A stretch of 64,000 nt of DNA from Candidatus Cloacimonadales bacterium (GCA_963665815.1 OY762463.1:3296001-3360000), one strand, 5' to 3'; numbered from the stretch's first letter, positions 41,127 through 51,423 are shown. Numbers and translations: made by a program. Notes: generated by a model from the letters alone, not told the origin.

Positions 41127-44100
41127 TTAGTTTAACTTCAAAGTTTTATTAACTTTTTGAGTATTTCTGTTGATTTTTGTTCTTCCACTTGATCTTGAAA
41201 AGATAGTAGTTGCAGTTGCAGAGTTATCAGGAACTTGAGAGTCCGGAGCACCGGCTGAGAAATGTGTTTTCCAAACAACATTATCAGCAGCAAGAACTGA
41301 ACTGTCAAAGTCGAGATCTTCTATATTATATCCATCAGGAGTACCACTTGTAAATGCAGCCTGCCATATTGTAGCATCATCAGCAATAATAGAACCATCT
41401 CCATTAATGTCACCAGGATACATAGCATAGACACCAGTCTCAACTTCGTATACAGGAGCAGGACCTGTTGAGTATGCATTAGCTGCATCTGAAGTGAAGT
41501 CAACAGCTGAAGCAGCTGTAGGATCAGCTGGTAATGTAGCGGCAACAGCACTCATAATATCAGAGTGGTTTCTGTGACGGAGAACTACAAAGTAGTCACC
41601 TGCAGTTGCAGTTGTGAAGTTAACGTAATCTACAGTATTATCTGTTTCGTAAGCAACGTCCACAATCATACCTGACATAAGAAGAAGTCCTGATCTTTGT
41701 TCGATTGTAGCACCGTCAGCTGTTTGACGAAGCTCTACGGAAATCCAGTCAACAACTTCAGTTGGCATAGCTGTAACAGCAATACCATCTGTGTAAGGTG
41801 ATGTTAAAGGAAGGAAACTGTTCAGTGTAGCATTCATTTCATCGACATCAGCAGAGTAGCAACCACCGAGGAATACGTTAACCTTAGCTTTTGCTGTTGG
41901 TGGTACGTATGTGTTTACACCGAAGTTATCGATGAAGAAGTCTGGACCGTATCCTGAATTACCAATAACTTGGAAGATCACTGTTTCTCCAAGATAAGTG
42001 TCAAGCGGGAACATTTCATTTGCATATGAACCTGGTGCTGTACTTTGAGCACCATCGTTTGATTCAAATGCTGTTCCGGTTAAATTCCAGAGCTCAGTCC
42101 AGTTTGCACCATTATCTGTTGAGATTTGTACGATACCCTGATCGTTAGGGTAAGATGCATTGTACTGATGTGACCAGTCGAAATACAGAGCATACATTCC
42201 TGTTGAAGGTAGTACAACAGGAGGAGTTGTCATAACTGCTGTTCCTGAATTCCAGCCCCAGAAGTTACAATATGCTGCTTCACTATTATATTGTCCCCAG
42301 GATCTGTCTCCTGAGAAGAACCAGTCTGTTGGTCCCCAAGTTGTGAATTCTTCTAACCACGGTAAAGTTGTGATTGTCGGGTCAGCTCTTACTGTAAATG
42401 ATTGCTCAGTACAACCGGTAGCAGGACCAACACCGTTTGCAGGAACAACCATCCAATAGTATGTTCCACCATATGTTAAGCCACTGTAATCATAGTAAGT
42501 AGTTGTAATAGTCATACCGTTAACTACGTCATAATTACCGGATGCTGTACCAAGGTATAAATTGTAATATGAAGCATAGTCTGCAGAATCCCAGTCAAGA
42601 GTACCAAATTCAATTTGGTCTATAGCTGCATCAGCTGGTGCAACATAAGTAGCACAATCTGGGGTTACAGCGATTGTGGAGAATGACCATTCAGGGCATC
42701 CTGTTGCATAGCCATTATTATTACCAGGTGTTACCATCCAGTAATATGTAGTACCAGGTGAAAGAAAGTAGTTACAAGAAGTACCTGTAACGGACATACC
42801 ATTCACGATATTATAGCTGCCAGTAGAAGTACCAATGTAGACTAAGTAATTACTTGTGTTGAATGTATCATCCCAGGATAATGTACCGCTGTCAAGTTGA
42901 TCAACGGCAACGTCTGCTGGAGCAGGATTAGCAGTACAGCTTGGTGGTAAAACATTATCAAATACGGCAAAATCGTCAATACCGATACTGCTTTGATCAG
43001 TAGTTGTACCAACAGCTCTGAATCTGAAAGTTGTTCCTGTGCTTGCATAAGCTGTTAAATCAACACTTACAGATTCCCATTGTCCATTAAGACCATAAGA
43101 TGTAACACCTTCATTCCAGCTTGATCCATCATATACATCAAGGTACAATGTAGACTGATCTTCAGTAGAACCTGCAGTTCCAAGCCAATACCAGAAGTTC
43201 AATGTTGGTGCACTCATTGTTGAAATGTCGAAAGGAGTTGTCTGAAGAGTTCCAACATTTACTGTTCCGTAAGGATTATTATCCGCAAATACGGCAAAGT
43301 TCCCTGAACCTGATGTGTGGTCTGCAGTTGGCCCACTTGTAGCTGCCCATGATTGAATTGTCCAGGTACCAGTACCTGCAAGAATTAACCAGTTAGGAGT
43401 TGTCTCAAAGTCAACATGATGAGGGAATGTAGAAATTGTTGGGTCTGCTCTTGTTGTAAAAGACCATTCAGGGCAACCTGTAGCTGAACCGAATGAATTA
43501 GCAGGTACAACCATCCAGTAATATGTTGATCCGTAATTTAAACCATTATAGGTAACAGAGGTCTGAGTTATAACTGTACCATTAATTATATCGTAGTTAC
43601 CTGCTGATGTTCCCATGTACAATGCATAAGATTCTGCTCCAACAGGTTCAGACCATGCAAGTGTTCCAAACTCAAGCACATCAGTACCCATATCAGAAGG
43701 ATTTTGTACAGAAGCACATGCAGGAGCTGTATCTCCATTAATAATCTGTACATTATCTACAAAGAAATCTGGACCATAACCACTAACAGCGTGAAATCTG
43801 AAATAAGCTGTTTGTCCGGCATAGCTGGCCAACGAATAGACCTCATTAGTAAATGATCCCGGAGCTGAAGATCCTGCTCCATCATTTGATTCGAATGCTG
43901 TATTGGCTAAGTTCCAAAGTTCTGTCCATGTTAATCCATCTGTCGAAATTTCAAGTATTCCCTGATCATCAGGATAATTTGAATCATACAGATGAGACCA
44001 GTCAAAAGCAAACAACCAGTTTCCTGTTGCAGGAATCTGAATTGGAGGAGTTGTCATGTAAGCATCGTTAGGCATTGACCAACTCCAGAAGTTAGCTTTT

Positions 44101-45131
44101 GCACATTCAACAACTGGATTAGTATTTGTATACTGGCTCCATGTTTGTGTTCCACCCAAAAGATTCCAGTTTGTTGGAGGCCAAGTTGTAAAGTCTTCCG
44201 TCCATGGCAATGTTGTTATTGTTGGGTCGTTTCTTACGGTAAATGAGAGTTCTGAACAACCTGTTGCTGTTCCATTTGCATTGCTTGGAGCAATAGACCA
44301 GTAATATGTTTGACCATAAGAAAGTCCTGAATAACCATAAGATGTCCCTGTCACAGTCATTCCACTTACAATGTCATAGTTTCCTGCTGAGGTTCCAATA
44401 TTTACTTCATAAGATGTTGCACCTGAAGCCATATCCCATGTCAAAAGTCCACTTTCCAATACATCTACTGAAGCATCTGTAGGTGTAAATGTAGTACAAC
44501 ATGGAGGTGGAGTTACATTGTTGACAATACTTACATCATCAAGATAAACGTAATAAGCATAATCACCAAAATATTTAAATCCAATATAAATATTTTGTCC
44601 ATTGTAAGCAGACAAATCCATTTCGTAACTTGCCCAGTCTGCTGAAAGTGTCATTTGTGTCCAGCCAGTAAAGGTTGTTACATCGCTGTTTGTTCCAACA
44701 GCAACATATAACTCTTCAGAAGCCCAACTGTACTCTTTTTTAAACCAGAAACTAAGTAATGGATTTGATAAACCTGTTAATGCAATCTCAGGTGTTCTTG
44801 CATATTCAGTATAGTCTCCAGCTGAATTGTAAGACGAGAATCTTAAAGAGGCTGTTCCAGCTGTTGTGTGGTTGTTACCAGTATCTTGAATAATTGCATT
44901 GGATGTAGCTGATTCAATAACTACCCAGTCTGCAGGAGGCCAGGTAGCTCCTTCAAAGTCTTCCGTCCAAGGGAAGGTTGTGATTGTTCTGTCAATTGTG
45001 ACAGGTGATGATACTAATCTTGTCGTGTTTTCAGTTACAACTTGTTCCGGTTGTTTCTGCAGTGTTGCAGATAAACTGAATGGTATGCAGATTAGCAGTA
45101 ATGATAATACAATAAAACTAATTTTTTTCAT
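41127..45131 (-). CDS. Secreted multidomain adhesin-like protein (cleaved-adhesin/MAM-like jelly rolls + FN3-like repeats) with C-terminal dockerin-like domain
   Basis: Signal peptide; FPWTEDFE...DLSAYNGQNIYIGF..LDDV modules; TYYWxVxP FN3-like repeats; GDINGDGSI...EDLDFDSSV paired Ca-binding motifs. Confidence 0.75.
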   Translation of the reverse strand: MKKISFIVLSLLLICIPFSLSATLQKQPEQVVTENTTRLVSSPVTIDRTITTFPWTEDFEGATWPPADWVVIESATSNAIIQDTGNNHTTAGTASLRFSSYNSAGDYTEYARTPEIALTGLSNPLLSFWFKKEYSWASEELYVAVGTNSDVTTFTGWTQMTLSADWASYEMDLSAYNGQNIYIGFKYFGDYAYYVYLDDVSIVNNVTPPPCCTTFTPTDASVDVLESGLLTWDMASGATSYEVNIGTSAGNYDIVSGMTVTGTSYGYSGLSYGQTYYWSIAPSNANGTATGCSELSFTVRNDPTITTLPWTEDFTTWPPTNWNLLGGTQTWSQYTNTNPVVECAKANFWSWSMPNDAYMTTPPIQIPATGNWLFAFDWSHLYDSNYPDDQGILEISTDGLTWTELWNLANTAFESNDGAGSSAPGSFTNEVYSLASYAGQTAYFRFHAVSGYGPDFFVDNVQIINGDTAPACASVQNPSDMGTDVLEFGTLAWSEPVGAESYALYMGTSAGNYDIINGTVITQTSVTYNGLNYGSTYYWMVVPANSFGSATGCPEWSFTTRADPTISTFPHHVDFETTPNWLILAGTGTWTIQSWAATSGPTADHTSGSGNFAVFADNNPYGTVNVGTLQTTPFDISTMSAPTLNFWYWLGTAGSTEDQSTLYLDVYDGSSWNEGVTSYGLNGQWESVSVDLTAYASTGTTFRFRAVGTTTDQSSIGIDDFAVFDNVLPPSCTANPAPADVAVDQLDSGTLSWDDTFNTSNYLVYIGTSTGSYNIVNGMSVTGTSCNYFLSPGTTYYWMVTPGNNNGYATGCPEWSFSTIAVTPDCATYVAPADAAIDQIEFGTLDWDSADYASYYNLYLGTASGNYDVVNGMTITTTYYDYSGLTYGGTYYWMVVPANGVGPATGCTEQSFTVRADPTITTLPWLEEFTTWGPTDWFFSGDRSWGQYNSEAAYCNFWGWNSGTAVMTTPPVVLPSTGMYALYFDWSHQYNASYPNDQGIVQISTDNGANWTELWNLTGTAFESNDGAQSTAPGSYANEMFPLDTYLGETVIFQVIGNSGYGPDFFIDNFGVNTYVPPTAKAKVNVFLGGCYSADVDEMNATLNSFLPLTSPYTDGIAVTAMPTEVVDWISVELRQTADGATIEQRSGLLLMSGMIVDVAYETDNTVDYVNFTTATAGDYFVVLRHRNHSDIMSAVAATLPADPTAASAVDFTSDAANAYSTGPAPVYEVETGVYAMYPGDINGDGSIIADDATIWQAAFTSGTPDGYNIEDLDFDSSVLAADNVVWKTHFSAGAPDSQVPDNSATATTIFSRSSGRTKINRNTQKVNKTLKLN
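41207..41942. repeat. ~735-bp near-identical direct repeat, copy 1
   Basis: Both ends map to 47184-47919 at a 5977-bp offset; scattered substitutions. Confidence 0.9.
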
Positions 45132-45392
45132 ACTTTCTCCTTTATAATATTTGGGATTGGTTTGTTTTCATTGTGATAAATTTTCTTGCTTCATATATAG
45201 TTATATTTAAGGATAAAAATTGAATCATGTCAAATCTTTTATTCCGGGAAAGTAATAATTTTTTTTTAACTGGTATAGAACTTAAATTTTAACATGGTTT
45301 ATATGAGCAAAAGAGATTTAACTAAGGGAGTAAAAGGAGATTACTGACATTTATATTTATTGTTTAAGATTGATTGAAAAAGACATAAGAGC

Positions 45393-45426
45393 AAAAAAAA
45401 ACAGGCTGCGTAAGCAGCCTGTTTTT
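45393..45426 (-). terminator. Intrinsic (possibly bidirectional) terminator after the cohesin-like gene
   Basis: AAAAACAGGCTGC-GTAA-GCAGCCTGTTTTT. Confidence 0.88.
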
Positions 45427-45446
45427 ATAGTATCAAGTCGAATGAA

Positions 45447-47090
45447 TTATTTCATTAAGACCATTTTAGATGTTTTTGTGTAATCAGGAGTCACGAGTTT
45501 ATAGAAATAAACACCTGAACTTACGTTATTACCGCTTGCATCTTTTCCTTCCCAGATAACACTGTCAGTTTCTTTCACTTCTCTTTTGTCGAATAATGTT
45601 ACAACTTTTTGACCTTTGATGTTGTAAATTACGAGAGATGCATCAACTGTTTCACCAATTTGACCTTTAATTGAAAAATCGATTTTTGTTTTTGGGTTGA
45701 AAGGATTTGGGTAGTTTGATAAAAGATTAGTTGCTTCAACATATTCTGTAACACTTTTACCAATTGTAATTGTTTGTGGTCCGTAGAATCCACCTGTGTT
45801 ATTATCAGCTTGAACTACTTCAATCCAGTAGTAATATGTTTCATTAACAAGAACATCTTCATCTGTATGTTGATATTCCTGAGTTCCTGATGTATTAGTA
45901 GCAGCGATGAGCTGATTACTGTTGATTGGTTCTGCATCAGTAAGATCTGCTTTAAGGCTACGGAATAATTTGAATCCGATAAGATCTGTTTCTGATTTGG
46001 TTGACCATGTAATATTTACAAACTGATTAGCATCTTCTGAAAGATAGAAGCCTGCAAATTCAACAGGAAGTGATTGCCCAAGGCTGTTAGCACCAGGGTC
46101 AGCTGTATCTGGTGTTGTTGCCGGAGTCCAAACTGTAGGTGTTGTTTGAATTACACGTTCGTCGTTGTTAACAACAGGTGTTGTATCAATTGCCATACGT
46201 ACATCCGGGATGTTAAGTGCATATGCATATCCATTACCGATTTCTAATTGTGCATCACCTTGAACAAACAAAGTATACATGTTAAGTGATACTCCCCAGG
46301 CTGCTTCAAAAGTTGCCTGATCAGCACCGTTAGAGATAATAACTGCACCGTAAGCCGGAACTGTTCCTGAAAGTGCCACAGAAATAGCTGTTGTAACTTT
46401 TTCAATTGTTACGTTAGTAAGCTCTACTTCATCGCCTGTTACGTTTTTCACTTCGATAAATGCTGTTGTTTCTGCTTGACCAACAAGATTATCAGAAATC
46501 TCACTGAAGAAGAGTGAACCGTCTGTAGGTTCTACAGGACCTGTGCCACCAAGAACGATGTCATGATCGCCGAAGTATGTGCCGTTATCAACTGGAGATG
46601 CATCATATTGAGTAATCTGGTTTTGAACACCACTGATGTCCCATCTTAAGTTTGTATTTTGAGCAGCATCTGCTACGTCAAATACCATTACTGCACAATC
46701 TGTCCATACGTCACCGAGCATGTAGCACATCATAGGTGTGGTACTTACTCCATTATATACACCATTGATACCGCATTTAATGGCTGACATTTCTGCAGGT
46801 ACAAGTTGATAGATATCCATATCGAAAAATATATGATCTTCGATTGGACCAAGACTGTAAGATTCTGCATTGTTATAAGTAAGACAAGCATTGTTAAAAA
46901 GTATACGAAGGTTAAAGAAACCAACAGGAACATCTCCTGCATTTGATTTCACTTGTAGTTTTACTTTGTATTTTCCATTTGCTGCATCGTATCCCATGCC
47001 ATCTGCATCGTATACCATGTTATAGTCAATGGAAGCAAAAATTGTGCTTATTAATGTTAAAACAAACACTAAAGCTAATAATTTTTTCAT
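45447..47090 (-). CDS. Secreted protein: cohesin-like domain + lamin-tail domain + T9SS/FlgD-type C-terminal sorting domain
   Basis: Signal peptide; VKLQVKS...GFFNLRILFNNACL...AVMVFDV...NLRW (cohesin-like); FFSEI..FIEVKN (LTD); LPVEF..WSTKSETD; NYPNPFNP...SSGVYFYKL. Confidence 0.72.
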   Translation of the reverse strand: MKKLLALVFVLTLISTIFASIDYNMVYDADGMGYDAANGKYKVKLQVKSNAGDVPVGFFNLRILFNNACLTYNNAESYSLGPIEDHIFFDMDIYQLVPAEMSAIKCGINGVYNGVSTTPMMCYMLGDVWTDCAVMVFDVADAAQNTNLRWDISGVQNQITQYDASPVDNGTYFGDHDIVLGGTGPVEPTDGSLFFSEISDNLVGQAETTAFIEVKNVTGDEVELTNVTIEKVTTAISVALSGTVPAYGAVIISNGADQATFEAAWGVSLNMYTLFVQGDAQLEIGNGYAYALNIPDVRMAIDTTPVVNNDERVIQTTPTVWTPATTPDTADPGANSLGQSLPVEFAGFYLSEDANQFVNITWSTKSETDLIGFKLFRSLKADLTDAEPINSNQLIAATNTSGTQEYQHTDEDVLVNETYYYWIEVVQADNNTGGFYGPQTITIGKSVTEYVEATNLLSNYPNPFNPKTKIDFSIKGQIGETVDASLVIYNIKGQKVVTLFDKREVKETDSVIWEGKDASGNNVSSGVYFYKLVTPDYTKTSKMVLMK

Positions 47091-47103
47091 ATCGACTCCT
47101 TTG

Positions 47104-50100
47104 TTATCTAGCTATGCGCTTAGATGTTTTTTGATTTGATAAGTTTTTTCTATTTATTCGAGTTTCTCTTTTACTGAATACGTTAGTTGCAGTTGCAGAG
47201 TTATCAGGAACTTGAGAGTCCGGAGCACCGGCTGAGAAATGTGTTTTCCAAACAACATTATCAGCAGCAAGAACTGAACTGTCAAAGTCGAGATCTTCTA
47301 CATTATATCCATCAGGAGTACCACTTGTAAATGCAGCTTGCCATATTGTAGCATCATCAGCAATAATAGAACCATCTCCATTAATGTCACCAGGATACAT
47401 AGCATAGACACCAGTCTCAGCTTCGTATACCGGAGCAGGACCTGTTGAGTATGCATTAGCTGCATCTGTAGTGAAATCAACAACTGTAGCAGTTGAAGCA
47501 TCAGCTGGTAATGTAGCAGCAACAGCACTCATAATATCAGAGTGGTTTCTGTGACGGAGAACTACAAAGTAGTCACCTGCGGCTGCAGTTGTGAAGTTAA
47601 CGTAATCTACAGTATTATCTGTTTCGTAAGCAACGTCCACAATCATACCTGAATCAAGAAGAAGTCCTGATCTCTGTTCGATTGTAGCACCGTCAGCTGT
47701 TTGACGAAGTTCAATGGAAATCCAGTCAACAACATCTGTAGGCATAGCTGTTACAGCAATACCGTCAGCGTAAGGTGATGTTGCAGGAAGGAATCCATTA
47801 ACAGCAGTGCTCATGTTGTCATTATCAACTGAGTAAGCTCCACCGAGGAATACGTTAACCTTAGCTTTTGCTGTTGGTGGTACGTATGTGTTTACACCGA
47901 AGTTATCGATGAAGAAGTCAGGACCATAGTCACAAATACCGTTAATTTTGATAACAACAGTTTGTCCAAGGTAGTCATCCATAGGAATTTCTACATTTTC
48001 AAAAGTTCCCGGTACCATGTTACCGCCACCATCGTTAGAATCAAAATCAGTGCCGGTGATATACCATACTTCATTCCAAGTAGATCCATTGTCTGTTGAC
48101 ACTTCAATTCTGCATCCATCTGCCGCATAATTTGAATTATACTGGTGAGACCAGTCAAAAGTGAGTGCCCACATACCTGAAGCAGGTAATTGAACTGGAG
48201 GTGTTGTCATTACAGCAAGAATATTTCTATTCCAGCTCCAGTAATTAGCTCTTGCACATTCAACTACAGGATCAGTGTTTGTATAATGGAACCAGTTTTC
48301 ATCACCTGAAAGTTCCCAGTTAGCTGGAGGCCATGAAGTAAATTCTTCAATCCATGGCATTGCAGTGATTGTTGGGTCTGCTCTTACAGTAAATGATTGT
48401 TCTGCACAACCTGTTGGAGTACCAACACTGTTTTCCGGAACTACCATCCAATAGTAAGTGTTATTAAAAGTCAAACCACTATAATCATATGAAGTAGTTG
48501 TTAAAGACATTCCATTAACAATATCATATGTTCCTGAAGTAGTTCCCATGTAAAGGTTATATGAACTTGCATAATCTGCAGGATACCATTCTAATGTTCC
48601 ATATTCCCAAACATTAGTTGCAGCATCTTCAGGATTTATGTAAGTTACACAGTCAGGTGTAGCAGCAATTGTACTGAATGTCCATTCAGGACAACCGGTT
48701 GCATCACCATAAGTATTTCCAGGTACAACTTTCCAGAAATATGATTGGGCAGGAGATAATGTATAATCGTAAGAAGTAGTTGTTACTGAAGCACCATTTA
48801 ATACATTGTAAGTATTGGCTGCTGTTCCGATATATACTTTATAGAAACTTGCATTAACATCTTCGTTCCAGCTCAGTGTACCTGAGTCAAGTTGATCAAC
48901 TGCTGCATCAGCAGGAGCGATAACAGTAGTACAGCTTGGTGGAACAGCATTGGAATAAATACTCATATCATCAACATAGATGTAATAATCTGAGCCAGGA
49001 GCATCGTACTTAAGTGCGATGTAGACTGTTTGTCCTTCATAAGCACTCAAGTTAACAATAGCTTCAGTCCATGCAACTTGAAGATCATCTGTGAAGTTTG
49101 TCCATGTGAATGATGTTGTATCTGTATCTGTTGTAGATACTCCGAGGTAAATCATGTCATCACCATATATTGAACTCAGATAATGCCAGAAAGAAACTGT
49201 TGGAGCAGCTACAGTAGAAAGGTCCACTGGAGGAGATATAAGATATTGTGCATATTCACCACTGGATGCATAAGAGTAAGAGGAAAATCTGATTGAGTTT
49301 GCTCCGCCATCTGTATGATTCTGTGATGTTGACATTGTTACAGGGTTAGTTGTAGGATCATCATCAATTATAGTCCAACCAGTTGGAGGAGTTCCGCTTT
49401 CAAGGTCCTCTGTCCAAGGGAAAGTACTGATTGTAGGATCATCCATTGTAGTAAATGACCACTCAGGGCAACCTGTTGCGTCTCCATGGGTATTTCCTGG
49501 AACAACTTTCCAGAAATATTCAGATGTATAGTCAAGTCCTGAATAATCATAAGAAGTTGCTGTAAGAGTAATTCCGCTTACGATATCATAGTTTCCTGTT
49601 GATGAACCAAGATATAAGTTATAATAGTCCGTTTGACCCGGATTATTCCAGCTGATAGTTCCAAATGTATTTAAACCTGTTTCCTGGTGAGCAGGAACCG
49701 GAGTAGTTGAACATGTTGGAGGGGTGCCAGCAGCATAAACTGTGAAATCATCAATACATATATCACTTTCATAACCGTCTGTACCCATAGCTCTTAATCT
49801 GAAAGTAACGGTTGTGAATCCTGAAAGATCAATTACTTGTTCTGTCCATTGAGGAGTATGTGTCCAACTTACAGGATACTCAGTCCAGGTTGAACCATCG
49901 TAAGTGTCCAGATAAAGAGTTGATTGATCTGCTGTACTTGCAGGTGAACCAATCCAGTACCAGAAAGATAATGTTGGGTTCGACATTCCTGAAACATCAA
50001 ATGGGGTAGTTGATATAAAAGCATTATCAGGATTAGGATAACTGTCATCAAAACCAAGATAGTTACCAGAACCGGTTGTATGATCACTGGTAGCGCCATA

Positions 50101-51423
50101 ACCAATAGATCCTGATTCAATTACCCAGTCATCAAGGTCATTTACGCTGTCATTAATCCAGTTTGTAGGAATTCCTGATTCAAAACCTGTAGAGTATGCG
50201 CCTGTTATGGTTGGGTCGTTTCTTGTTGTAAATGATTGTTCTGCACAAGTCATGTTCGGTCCAAGACCATTAACAGGAGTTACTTGCCAGAAATATTGAG
50301 AAGCATACGCTAAACCTGAATAACTATAAGATGTACTTGTAACAGTAGCATGATCGATTATATCATAGTTACCTGTTGATGTACCAAGTGATAATAAGTA
50401 CTCTGTTGCTGAGAATGAAGCATCCCATGAAAGAGTTACATTCTCTGATTGGTCTATAGCAGCATCAGCCGGAACAAGGTTTGCAGCGCAAGCAGGAGTT
50501 GTACTGAAGGTTGAAAAACTCCATTCAGGACACTCTGTAGCAGAGCCGTTTGCATTTACAGGAACGACTTTCCAGTAGTAGGTCATACCGAGTGTTGCAG
50601 TAAAGTCATGTGTTAAACCTGAAACTGATGTTCCGTTTTCAATGTTGTAGTTTCCTGTTGATTCTCCAAGATAAAGATCATAGCTTGCTGCGCCATCTGC
50701 AGTGTTCCATGAAAGAGTGATGTCTGTTAATAAATCAGTTTCACCATCTGTAGGAGAGTCTACAGTTGCACATGGAGGAGGAGTTAGGTTGTCATATACT
50801 TCAACATCATCAAGGTATACGTAATAAAGGTAATCTCCGTAATATTTGAATCCAATGTGAATTGTTTGACCGGCATAAGCAGATAAATCAAGTTCATAAG
50901 AGTTGAATTCAGTATTTGTAAGTATACTTGTAGCACTTACCCAGTTAGTATAATCCTGAACTGAGTCTGTAAGTGTTGTGGAAATACCAACATAAAGTTC
51001 TTCGGGGTCACTATTGTACTTTCGGGCCCAGAATCTTAATGTTGGGTTTGTAAGACCGGTAAGATCAATTTCCGGTGATCTTGCATATCTGTTATGGTCA
51101 GTGGAATGTGCCATTGATGAAAATCTCAATGAATAGGTTCCGGTTTTAGCTTGAGTGTCACTTTGTGTTGTAGGATTTACAGTTCCGTCCGGATTGTAGA
51201 TAATCCAATCAGTTGGAGGGAATGTAGCATCTTCAAAGCTTTCTACCCAAGGAAATGTTGTGATTGTTCTTTCTGTCACGATAGGTGACTGAATTGTTCT
51301 TGGAACAGCTACTCTGTTAACAGCTTGCTCAACAGGCTTTATGTCAATATCTGCTGCAAAAGCATTGGCTGACATACCAAGAATCAAGATGATAAATAAT
51401 GCAATGAAACTATTTTTGTTCAT
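47104..51423 (-). CDS. Secreted multidomain adhesin-like protein, paralog of 41127-45131, with C-terminal dockerin-like domain
   Basis: Signal peptide; same module types in a different order; C-terminal ~245 aa nearly identical to the paralog. Confidence 0.75.
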   Translation of the reverse strand: MNKNSFIALFIILILGMSANAFAADIDIKPVEQAVNRVAVPRTIQSPIVTERTITTFPWVESFEDATFPPTDWIIYNPDGTVNPTTQSDTQAKTGTYSLRFSSMAHSTDHNRYARSPEIDLTGLTNPTLRFWARKYNSDPEELYVGISTTLTDSVQDYTNWVSATSILTNTEFNSYELDLSAYAGQTIHIGFKYYGDYLYYVYLDDVEVYDNLTPPPCATVDSPTDGETDLLTDITLSWNTADGAASYDLYLGESTGNYNIENGTSVSGLTHDFTATLGMTYYWKVVPVNANGSATECPEWSFSTFSTTPACAANLVPADAAIDQSENVTLSWDASFSATEYLLSLGTSTGNYDIIDHATVTSTSYSYSGLAYASQYFWQVTPVNGLGPNMTCAEQSFTTRNDPTITGAYSTGFESGIPTNWINDSVNDLDDWVIESGSIGYGATSDHTTGSGNYLGFDDSYPNPDNAFISTTPFDVSGMSNPTLSFWYWIGSPASTADQSTLYLDTYDGSTWTEYPVSWTHTPQWTEQVIDLSGFTTVTFRLRAMGTDGYESDICIDDFTVYAAGTPPTCSTTPVPAHQETGLNTFGTISWNNPGQTDYYNLYLGSSTGNYDIVSGITLTATSYDYSGLDYTSEYFWKVVPGNTHGDATGCPEWSFTTMDDPTISTFPWTEDLESGTPPTGWTIIDDDPTTNPVTMSTSQNHTDGGANSIRFSSYSYASSGEYAQYLISPPVDLSTVAAPTVSFWHYLSSIYGDDMIYLGVSTTDTDTTSFTWTNFTDDLQVAWTEAIVNLSAYEGQTVYIALKYDAPGSDYYIYVDDMSIYSNAVPPSCTTVIAPADAAVDQLDSGTLSWNEDVNASFYKVYIGTAANTYNVLNGASVTTTSYDYTLSPAQSYFWKVVPGNTYGDATGCPEWTFSTIAATPDCVTYINPEDAATNVWEYGTLEWYPADYASSYNLYMGTTSGTYDIVNGMSLTTTSYDYSGLTFNNTYYWMVVPENSVGTPTGCAEQSFTVRADPTITAMPWIEEFTSWPPANWELSGDENWFHYTNTDPVVECARANYWSWNRNILAVMTTPPVQLPASGMWALTFDWSHQYNSNYAADGCRIEVSTDNGSTWNEVWYITGTDFDSNDGGGNMVPGTFENVEIPMDDYLGQTVVIKINGICDYGPDFFIDNFGVNTYVPPTAKAKVNVFLGGAYSVDNDNMSTAVNGFLPATSPYADGIAVTAMPTDVVDWISIELRQTADGATIEQRSGLLLDSGMIVDVAYETDNTVDYVNFTTAAAGDYFVVLRHRNHSDIMSAVAATLPADASTATVVDFTTDAANAYSTGPAPVYEAETGVYAMYPGDINGDGSIIADDATIWQAAFTSGTPDGYNVEDLDFDSSVLAADNVVWKTHFSAGAPDSQVPDNSATATNVFSKRETRINRKNLSNQKTSKRIAR
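47184..47919. repeat. ~735-bp near-identical direct repeat, copy 2
   Basis: Matches 41207-41942. Confidence 0.9.

Noticed and set aside
41207-47919. Diversity-generating retroelement TR/VR pair
   Set aside because: Both copies are coding and far longer than a typical TR/VR, differences do not look adenine-specific, and no reverse transcriptase is in the window
41127-51423. Cellulosome
   Set aside because: No glycoside hydrolase or other catalytic domain recognised, and only one cohesin-like domain
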